A DNA stretch of 32,000 nt from Rhodobacter capsulatus SB 1003. Its GTDB lineage: Bacteria > Pseudomonadota > Alphaproteobacteria > Rhodobacterales > Rhodobacteraceae. The DNA lies in contig NC_014034.1 of the NCBI RefSeq assembly GCF_000021865.1, positions 2,850,001 through 2,882,000 of the forward strand. The letters are read 5' to 3'. Shown here piece after piece: positions 25,830 through 32,000 of this stretch (positions are counted from its first letter, which is position 1; each line of letters starts with the position of its first letter). A program made the position numbers and the translations under genes. The notes beneath the pieces were generated by a model, which worked only from the letters and a program-made list of their open reading frames with translations, was not told the DNA's origin and did not search any database.

Positions 25830-26501
25830 ATGATCACACTTTACGGCATGTATCGTTCGCGCGCGACGCGCAACATCTGGGCGGCGACGGAACTGGGGCT
25901 CGACTGGCATCTGAAGCCCGTCATTCAGGCCTATCGGCTGGAAGCCCAGGGGATCGACCCCGCCCACCCCGAGGCCCCCTTCAACACCCGCACGCCGGAA
26001 TTTCTCAAGCTTTCGCCCGCGGGCGCGATCCCGGTGATGGAGGATGCGGGGCTGGTGCTGTCGGAATCGCTGGCGATCAATCTTTACATGGCGAAAAAGG
26101 CGGGCGGGCCGCTCGCGCCGAAAGACCTGCGCGAGGAAGCGCAGATGCTGCAATGGGCGCTTTACGGCGCCACCGCGATCGAAAATCCCGCGCTCGACAT
26201 TTCCTTTGCCTATGCCCGGGGCGAGGCCGCGACCGAAAACGGCGAGGCAAAGATCGCCGCCGCCTCGGCGCAGCTGCACCGCCCGTTCAAGGCGCTTGAA
26301 ACCCATCTGGCGGCGCATAGCCACATGGTCGGCGGGCGCTTCACCGTGGCCGACATCAACATGGCCGAGATTGTCCGTTACGCCCAGGCCCACACCCGGC
26401 TGATGGCGCAATTCCCCCGCCTCTCCGGCTGGCTCGACCTCTGCCAAAGCCGCCCGGCCTTCCGCGACCTGATGGAAAGACGCGCTGCCGAACCGGCGTG
26501 A
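25830..26501 (+). CDS. Glutathione S-transferase family protein.
   Basis: The N-terminal thioredoxin-like fold shows IPVMEDAGLVLSESLAINLY and is followed by a C-terminal helical domain. CAGGAGGGA precedes the ATG at 25830. Confidence 0.8.
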   Translation: MITLYGMYRSRATRNIWAATELGLDWHLKPVIQAYRLEAQGIDPAHPEAPFNTRTPEFLKLSPAGAIPVMEDAGLVLSESLAINLYMAKKAGGPLAPKDLREEAQMLQWALYGATAIENPALDISFAYARGEAATENGEAKIAAASAQLHRPFKALETHLAAHSHMVGGRFTVADINMAEIVRYAQAHTRLMAQFPRLSGWLDLCQSRPAFRDLMERRAAEPA

Positions 26502-26545
26502 TCCGCCGCGCGCCCCTGCTTTTTCTTGGGGAAAATACGCCGGGG

Positions 26546-26587
26546 GTCGTCCATTGCGGCGCCATCGGTTCAAGCCCGATGGACGAC
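26546..26587 (+). other. tRNA minihelix-like element (an acceptor-like 7-bp stem plus a T-arm-like hairpin) between the GST gene and prfA.
   Basis: GTCGTCC...ATCGG-TTCAAGC-CCGAT-GGACGAC. The 5-bp stem carries a 7-nt TTCAAGC loop and is flanked by 7-nt complementary strands. There is no D arm, no anticodon arm and no CCA, so it is not a tRNA gene. Confidence 0.3.
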
Positions 26588-26693
26588 GGGGCAGCGCCCC
26601 CGCCCGGGTCGCCCCGGGCGCAGCCCCGGGGCGAAATCCCCGCCCACCCCCGCCCACCCTTGACCCAGAGCCCGGTCTCGGTCAGATGAACCC

Positions 26694-27749
26694 ATGGTTC
26701 CGCTCGACAAACTTGCCCAGATCACCGCGCGTTTCGAGTTTCTCGAAGCGAAGCTGAACACGGCCCTGCCGCCCGCGGAGATCGCGACGCTCTCGCGCGA
26801 GTACAGCGACCTGCGCCCGGTCGTCACCGAGATTGCCGCCTATCGCCAGTCGCTCGACGATCTGGCCGAGGCCGAGGGCTGGCTTTCCGACCCAGAGATG
26901 AAGACCTTGGCAGAGGAAGAGCTGCCGCGGCTGAAAGCCCGCATCCCCGCGATGGAACAGGCGCTGCGGCTCGCCCTTTTGCCCAAGGACGCGGCCGATG
27001 CCCGCCCGGCGATCCTGGAAATCCGCCCCGGAACGGGGGGCGAGGAAGCGGCGCTTTTTGCCCATGACCTGTGGCGGATGTATGAACGCCACGCCGAAAA
27101 GATGGGTTGGCGCTTCGAGCGGCTGGAATTCACCGCGACGGAACTGGGCGGCGTCAAGGAGGCCATGGCCCGGATCGAAGGCGAAGGCGTCTTTGCGCGG
27201 CTGAAATACGAATCCGGCGTGCACCGGGTGCAGCGCGTGCCGGAAACCGAGGCCGGCGGGCGCATCCACACCTCGGCCGCGACGGTCGCCGTCCTGCCCG
27301 AGGCGGAGGAAGTCGACATCGACATTCCCGCCGCCGATATCCGCATCGACACGATGCGCTCGTCGGGCGCGGGCGGACAGCACGTCAACACCACCGATTC
27401 CGCGGTCCGCATCACCCATTTGCCCACCGGCATCATCGTGACCTCCTCGGAAAAGAGCCAGCACCAGAACCGCGCCAATGCGATGGCCGTGCTGCGCGCA
27501 AGGCTTTACGAAATCGAACGCGAGCGTCTGGCGACGGAACGCGCCGAGAACCGGCGGTCTCAGGTCGGCTCGGGCGATCGCTCGGAACGCATCCGCACCT
27601 ACAACTTCCCGCAGGGGCGGATGACCGATCACCGCATCAACCTGACCCTTTACGCCCTGCCGCAGATCCTGGCGGGCGATCTGGGCGAGGTGATTGATGC
27701 GCTCGTCGCCCATGATCAGGCGGCCAAACTGGCGGAGATGGACGAATGA
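26694..27749 (+). CDS. prfA: Peptide chain release factor 1.
   Basis: The GGQ motif reads [23 protein letters not shown] and the PxT decoding tripeptide region reads [14 protein letters not shown]. The protein is 351 aa. Confidence 0.95.
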   Translation: MVPLDKLAQITARFEFLEAKLNTALPPAEIATLSREYSDLRPVVTEIAAYRQSLDDLAEAEGWLSDPEMKTLAEEELPRLKARIPAMEQALRLALLPKDAADARPAILEIRPGTGGEEAALFAHDLWRMYERHAEKMGWRFERLEFTATELGGVKEAMARIEGEGVFARLKYESGVHRVQRVPETEAGGRIHTSAATVAVLPEAEEVDIDIPAADIRIDTMRSSGAGGQHVNTTDSAVRITHLPTGIIVTSSEKSQHQNRANAMAVLRARLYEIERERLATERAENRRSQVGSGDRSERIRTYNFPQGRMTDHRINLTLYALPQILAGDLGEVIDALVAHDQAAKLAEMDE

Positions 27750-28577
27750 AGGCACAGATCGCGCTGATGTTGGGCACGCGCCAGCTCGAAGGCGCCGGGA
27801 TCCGGGGGGCGGCCACCGATGCCCGCCGCCTGCTCGCCCAATGTGATGGAGGTGCCGCCGGAGCGGCTTTACCTGTCGATCCATTCCGAACTCTCCGAAG
27901 ACCGCCACAAGCAGTTCCTCAAATGCCTCGCCGCCCGCGAGGCGCGTCAGCCGGTGGCGCAGATCACCGGGCACCGCGCGTTCTGGAAACACGAATTCCG
28001 GGTCACGCGGGCGACGCTTGATCCGCGGCCGGAAACCGAATTGCTGGTCGAAGTGGCGCTTGAAACCGCCTTCGAGCGGGTTCTGGATCTGGGCACCGGC
28101 ACCGGCTGCATCCTGCTCAGCCTTCTGGCCGAACGGCCCGCGGCCCGGGGCGTCGCCACCGACATTTCCGAAGCCGCGCTGGCCGTGGCCCAGGAAAACG
28201 CCGAACGGCTCAGCCTGTATGAACGCGCCCATTTCGTGCAGGGCGACTGGTTTCACGGCGTCGAGGGGCGCTTTGACCTGATCGTCTCGAACCCGCCCTA
28301 TATCACCGAGGCCGAGATGGCCGAGTTGGCCCCCGATGTGCGCGACTGGGAACCCCACACCGCCTTGACGCCGGGCGGCGACGGGCTGGGCGCCTATCGC
28401 GCCATTGCATTCGGCGCCTTTGCCCGGCTCAAGCCCGGCGGGCGGATCGCGCTGGAGATCGGCCCGACCCAGGCGGCGGCGGTTTCGGCGATGCTGACGG
28501 CGCAGGGCTTCGCGGATGTCGAGGTGCGGCAAGACCTTGGTCACCGCGACCGCGTCGTGCTGGCGCATCGGCCCTGA
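27746..28577 (+). pseudogene. prmC: Release-factor glutamine N5-methyltransferase PrmC/HemK, interrupted by an apparent 1-nt insertion near 27839-27842. If that insertion is a sequencing error, this is an intact CDS.
   Basis: The ATG at 27746 overlaps the prfA stop (ATGA) and encodes the PrmC-like N-terminus MKAQIALML...AGIRGAATDARRLLAQ. The rest of the protein (VMEVPPERLYL...AQITGHRAFW...LDLGTGTGCILL...VSNPPYI) lies in the +1 frame (track ORF 27819-28577). The total length is 832 nt, which is 3n+1. Confidence 0.7.
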
Positions 28578-28775
28578 GCATCGGCCCCGCGCCACGCGAA
28601 ACGCGGTTTTCCCGCCGCAATCGGCAGATTTTCACGATCTTTTCCCTTGCAGCGCCCGATTCCGTCTTGCACCACCGCGCCCGAAATGCTTAGTGCAGTC
28701 GCGTGAGGGGCTGGTTTTCGTCCTCCCCCCGGTCAGCTTCCTTCCAGGGTCGGTTCCAGGTGCAGGCGATGCCTG

Positions 28776-28792
28776 CCGGGTTCGAACCCCGG
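28776..28792 (+). other. T-arm-like hairpin CCGGG-TTCGAAC-CCCGG in the long leader upstream of the DUF4167 gene.
   Basis: Read directly from the sequence. It is immediately preceded by the hairpin GCAGGC-GAT-GCCTGC (28762-28776). No complete tRNA or tmRNA fold can be built around it. Confidence 0.3.
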
Positions 28793-28860
28793 TCAGACGG
28801 GCGCCCAACTCCGGTCCGGCCCAGACCTTCCACCCGCAAGGGTCCAACAGACGCAGGCTC

Positions 28861-29619
28861 ATGAGATCCTCCAAGTCCCGTTCGCGCAACAAGTCGAACC
28901 GCCAGCGCAGCATCGGCAACATCATCAACCGGGTCTTCGACAGCTCCGGCCCCGAGGGCAAGGTGCGCGGGACGCCGCAGCAGATCATCGAGAAATATCT
29001 GGCGCTGGCGCGCGACGCGCAGCTGGGCAATGACCGCGTGGCGGAACAGAACTTCCTGCAACATGCGGAACATTACACCCGCATGCTGGGCGAGGCGCAG
29101 CGCGAACTGGCCCGCGAACAGGAAGAACGCAGCCGCAATTACCAGCAAAACGGCAACCAGAACGGCGGCAACGCGCAGCAGGGCGGCCAGAACGGCAATG
29201 GCAACGGCAACGGCTATCGCGAGCGGCCCGAACGGGAACCGCGCGAGCCGCAACAGCCCGACCCGGTCCGTTTCGAGGACGCGCCGCAGCCCCGTTACGA
29301 AGGCGCGCCGGTGCTGATGCCCGATTTCTTCGCCGCCGCCGCCGAAGATGACGGGCCGGGCCTCGTCGAGACCCCGGAAACCCGCCAGCCCGAGCCGCCG
29401 CGCCCCGAAAAGCGCAGCCCCGCGCAGCGCCCGGTCGAAGCCGCCGCCGCCCCGGCCGAACCTGCGCCCGAAGCCGCCCCGGCCTCCGCGAAAGCGGAAA
29501 CCCCGAAACCCGAGGCCGCGCCGAAACCGCGCAGCCGCGCCCCGCGCAAGCCGCGCACGGACAAGCCCAAGGCCGACCGGCCCGCCGAGGCGCCGCCCGA
29601 AGGCTCTGCCGCAGAATGA
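28861..29619 (+). CDS. DUF4167-domain protein (a conserved alphaproteobacterial protein of unknown function) with a basic N-terminus and a low-complexity Gln/Asn/Gly and Pro/Ala/Glu-rich tail.
   Basis: The N-terminal block MRSSKSRSRNKSNRQRS...QQIIEKYLALARDAQLGNDRVAEQNFLQHAEHYTRML is one I recognise as DUF4167. I chose the ATG at 28861. The track ORF starting at 28516 runs through structured non-coding sequence. Confidence 0.7.
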   Translation: MRSSKSRSRNKSNRQRSIGNIINRVFDSSGPEGKVRGTPQQIIEKYLALARDAQLGNDRVAEQNFLQHAEHYTRMLGEAQRELAREQEERSRNYQQNGNQNGGNAQQGGQNGNGNGNGYRERPEREPREPQQPDPVRFEDAPQPRYEGAPVLMPDFFAAAAEDDGPGLVETPETRQPEPPRPEKRSPAQRPVEAAAAPAEPAPEAAPASAKAETPKPEAAPKPRSRAPRKPRTDKPKADRPAEAPPEGSAAE

Positions 29620-29670
29620 AAAAACCGCGCCTTCGGGCGCGGTTTTCGTTTCAGCAACCGGGATCGCGGC

Positions 29671-30513
29671 TCAGCCCGCCGCCACCAGCCGCGCCAGATG
29701 GCAGAACTGCTCCAGGCTCACCCGCTCGGCCCGCTCGGTCGGCGGGATGCCCGCTTCCTCCAGCAGCGCATCGATGCGCGGATGCACGCCTTTCAGGCTG
29801 GATCGCAGCATCTTGCGGCGCTGGTTGAACCCGGCCGCCACCACGCGTTCGAGCACCGCCGGATCGGCCGGATAGCGCGGCGCGGGCAAGGCGGTCAGAT
29901 GCACCACGGCAGAATGCACCTTCGGCGCCGGGGTAAAGGCCTCGGGCGGCAGCACCATGACGATCTTCGCCTCGGCCCGCCACTGCGCCAAAAGCGCGAG
30001 CCGCCCGTAATGATCCGTGCCGGGCTTCGCCACGATCCGCTCGGCCACCTCTTTTTGAAACATCAAGGTCAGGCTTTGCCAGAACGGCGGCCAGACCGCG
30101 GGGGTCAGCCAGCGGATCAGAAGCTCTGTCCCGACGTTATAGGGCAGGTTCGCCGCGATCCGAATGGGCGGGGTCAGATGCGCCAGAACGTCGACCGCCA
30201 AAGCATCGCCGTTGATCACTTCAAGCCGCCCGGGGTAATGCGCCGCGATCTCGGCCAGCGCGGGCAGACAGCGGCTGTCCTTCTCCACCGCCAGCACGCG
30301 CCGCGCGCCCTCGGCCAGAAGCCCGCGCGTCAGCCCGCCCGGCCCCGGCCCGACTTCGAGCACGTCACAGCCGGTCAGATCCCCCGCCGCCCGCGCGATC
30401 TTCGCGGTCAGATTCAGATCGAGCAGAAAATTCTGCCCCAAAGCCTTCTTCGCCACCAGCTCATGGGTCGCGATCACCTCGCGCAAGGGCGGCAGCCCGT
30501 CAATCGCAGCCAA
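29671..30513 (-). CDS. rsmA: 16S rRNA (adenine1518/1519-N6)-dimethyltransferase (TTG start).
   Basis: Motifs are [11 protein letters not shown] motif [11 protein letters not shown] and NLPYNVGT. The start codon at 30511-30513 is TTG, with GGAAGGGGA upstream. Confidence 0.9.
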   Translation of the reverse strand: MAAIDGLPPLREVIATHELVAKKALGQNFLLDLNLTAKIARAAGDLTGCDVLEVGPGPGGLTRGLLAEGARRVLAVEKDSRCLPALAEIAAHYPGRLEVINGDALAVDVLAHLTPPIRIAANLPYNVGTELLIRWLTPAVWPPFWQSLTLMFQKEVAERIVAKPGTDHYGRLALLAQWRAEAKIVMVLPPEAFTPAPKVHSAVVHLTALPAPRYPADPAVLERVVAAGFNQRRKMLRSSLKGVHPRIDALLEEAGIPPTERAERVSLEQFCHLARLVAAG

Positions 30514-30531
30514 AGCCCGTCCCCTTCCTTT

Positions 30532-31584
30532 TCATCTTGCTTCAAATATCCCGGGGGTCCGGGGGCAGAGCCCCCGGCGGCCCGCCGCCCCCATCTTCGC
30601 CGCCATCGTCAAGGCCGCGATCAGACTGTGCGGGCTGGCCTTGCCGGTGCCCGCAATGTCATAGGCCGTGCCATGATCGGGCGAGGTCCGCACGAAGGGC
30701 AGCCCCAGCGTCACATTCACGCCGCCGTCGAAATCCAGCGTCTTGATCGGAATGAGCGCCTGATCGTGATAGGCGCAGATCGCCGCGTCATAGCGCGCCC
30801 GCGCCGCGGGGTGAAACATCGTGTCGGGCGGCAGGGGCCCGGTCACCGCCAGCCCCTCGGCGCGCAGACCCGCCACCACATCGGCGATCCAGTCGATTTC
30901 TTCCTGCCCCATCGCCCCGCCCTCGCCCGCATGCGGGTTCAGCCCCGCCACCGCAAGGCGCGGATTTTCAAGGCCGAAATCGCGCCGCAGCCCCTCGGCG
31001 GTCAGCCGCACCACCTCGCGCAGAAGCGCGGGCGTATAGGTGTCGAAGACCTCGCGCAGGGCGATGTGGATCGTCGCGGGCACGACGCGGCAGGGCGGAT
31101 CGACCCGGTCGGAGGCCAGCATCATCACCACCCGCGCGCCGCCCGCCAGATGCGCCAGATATTCGGTATGGCCCGGAAAGGCGAAGCCCGCCCCGTCCTT
31201 CAGCGCCTTCTTGTTGATCGGCGCCGTGGTCAGCGCCAGCCCCGCGCCGCGGGTGACCAGATCGACGCCGCGCGCGATCACGTCGATCACCGCTTGCGCA
31301 TTGGCCGGATCGGGTTGCCCCGGCACCGCCGCCGCGGGGAACGGATGCGGCAACACGCAGAGCGCCGCCCCGGCATGGGTCATCGCCTGATCGGGCGTGT
31401 CGATTTCGCGCACCGCCGCGCCGCGCGGCAGATGCGCCGGATCGCCCAGCCAGACAAAGGGCAGCCGCGCCCCCAGCGCCTGGCTCGCCCGCACCGCCAG
31501 TTCCGGCCCGACCCCGGACGGATCGCCGCAGGTCAGGATCACCGGCCGGTCGCCCCCCGCCGCCTCGGTTGCGCGCAGGCTCAT
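30532..31584 (-). CDS. pdxA: 4-hydroxythreonine-4-phosphate dehydrogenase.
   Basis: Motifs are CGDPSGVGPE, GHTEYLA, NPHAGEGG and SPDHGTAYDIAG. The start MSLRATE at 31584 overlaps the upstream gene's stop (ATGA). Confidence 0.9.
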   Translation of the reverse strand: MSLRATEAAGGDRPVILTCGDPSGVGPELAVRASQALGARLPFVWLGDPAHLPRGAAVREIDTPDQAMTHAGAALCVLPHPFPAAAVPGQPDPANAQAVIDVIARGVDLVTRGAGLALTTAPINKKALKDGAGFAFPGHTEYLAHLAGGARVVMMLASDRVDPPCRVVPATIHIALREVFDTYTPALLREVVRLTAEGLRRDFGLENPRLAVAGLNPHAGEGGAMGQEEIDWIADVVAGLRAEGLAVTGPLPPDTMFHPAARARYDAAICAYHDQALIPIKTLDFDGGVNVTLGLPFVRTSPDHGTAYDIAGTGKASPHSLIAALTMAAKMGAAGRRGLCPRTPGIFEAR

Positions 31585-32000
31585 TTCCGCACGATCACCG
31601 CTTCGGCGCGCAGCTGCGCCAGCAGCCGGTCGGCCAGGGCGCCCACGCGGGCATTCAGCAGCTGATCCCGCGTCCCCTCGCGCGAGGGGCCGGTCTCGCC
31701 CACCGCCGCGTTGATCGCCCGGCCGCGGTCGCACAGCATCACCAGCACGTCATTGCCGCCGCGGGTCAGGACCGTCATCTCGCCGATGTCCATCCGCGGC
31801 AGGACCCGCGCGATATCGGCCGGGATCTGCCCGGCCCGCGCCGCCTCGACCCGCTCCAGCCGCTCGGGCGGCAGCTGCGCCGCCACCGAATAAAGATCGT
31901 CGCAGCGCTGCGCATCGGCCTCGGCCTTGGCACGCCAGCCCGCCGCCTCGGGCGAGCCCGAGGCGCCCAGAAGCAGCGTCGCATAGCCCTGGGCCACGGT
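31581..32000 (-). CDS. C-terminal part of a SurA-like periplasmic chaperone / peptidyl-prolyl isomerase family protein. It is 5'-partial and continues beyond the window.
   Basis: The reading frame is open to the window edge. The call rests mainly on the conserved surA-pdxA-rsmA order and the translational coupling to pdxA. The sequence itself is not diagnostic to my eye. Confidence 0.45.
   Translation of the reverse strand, partial: TVAQGYATLLLGASGSPEAAGWRAKAEADAQRCDDLYSVAAQLPPERLERVEAARAGQIPADIARVLPRMDIGEMTVLTRGGNDVLVMLCDRGRAINAAVGETGPSREGTRDQLLNARVGALADRLLAQLRAEAVIVRK

Noticed and set aside
23971-25833. A 620-aa plus-strand ORF.
   Set aside because: It is antisense to the methyltransferase and PPK2 genes, both of which have clear catalytic motifs.
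27836-27850. Programmed +1 ribosomal frameshift in prmC, by analogy with prfB.
   Set aside because: There is no in-frame stop or rare codon at the shift site, and no upstream SD-like stimulator at the right spacing. The zero frame stays open for another 60 codons. A simple 1-nt indel in an AA dinucleotide explains it better.
26682-28595. A 637-aa minus-strand ORF.
   Set aside because: It is antisense to prfA and prmC.
28700-28800. A possible tRNA, tmRNA (GGGGCTGG followed by a TTCGAAC T-loop) or SRP RNA (GGAAGGAAGC on the minus strand).
   Set aside because: No cloverleaf can be built: there is no D arm, the acceptor strands are not complementary, and no CCA is present. No alphaproteobacterial tag-peptide reading frame (ANDN...) is nearby. 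The SRP-like string lacks the closing helix and the symmetric-loop context. I kept it only as a structured leader.
28516-28860. The 115-codon N-terminal extension of the DUF4167 ORF in the track. Similar long extensions occur for fabB (to 12989), fabI (to 11676), pdxA (to 31734), irr (from 13305), GST (from 25710) and mtnA (to 7738).
   Set aside because: The extensions lack an RBS, overlap neighbouring genes or structured spacers, and are not protein-like. In each case an internal start with a good Shine-Dalgarno gives a family-typical protein length.
29698-31665. A 655-aa plus-strand ORF.
   Set aside because: It is antisense to rsmA and pdxA.

Overview
This is a gene-dense, high-GC (about two-thirds G+C by eye) alphaproteobacterial chromosomal segment. 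It is probably Rhodobacter capsulatus or a close relative: the mature cytochrome c' at 23430-23882 matches my memory of the R. capsulatus protein, which needs a BLAST check. I support 33 protein genes, mostly housekeeping:
- 1-7648: a partial CUT2-type sugar ABC transporter, a DeoR regulator, a fused class II aldolase/short-chain dehydrogenase, a SorC-type regulator and mtnA.
- 7825-13820: an orphan RTX calcium-binding secreted protein, an alpha/beta hydrolase, fabI-fabB-fabA and the divergent irr.
- 14139-19722: efp with divergent epmA, DUF2237, a serine hydrolase, a MarR-type regulator, sdhE and aspartate aminotransferase.
- 19749-26501: a small hypothetical protein, an SQR/NDH-2-like flavoprotein, a MATE exporter, cytochrome b561, cytochrome c' (cycP), a SAM methyltransferase, PPK2 and a GST.
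- 26694-32000: prfA-prmC, DUF4167, and rsmA-pdxA-surA (partial).

I found no rRNA or tRNA gene, IS element, prophage, CRISPR array or recognisable defence system. Most long ORFs in the six-frame track are antisense or off-frame high-GC artefacts, and many true genes start at an internal start codon with a good Shine-Dalgarno.

I see no clear novel system. The points most worth a second look:
1. prmC appears to carry a single-base frameshift right after an ATGA-coupled start with prfA.
2. mtnA sits next to an aldolase-SDR fusion, a SorC regulator and a sugar ABC transporter, which could be a variant DHAP-shunt or 5-deoxy-sugar salvage locus.
3. The convergent irr/efp spacer (13871-14080) is strongly structured and has mutually exclusive pairings.
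4. Two tRNA T-arm/minihelix-like hairpins lie upstream of prfA and DUF4167.
5. A perfect 17-bp palindrome lies upstream of cycP.
6. The RTX protein has an unassigned N-terminal domain of about 175 aa.

All functional calls come from motif recognition by eye. No database search was run.
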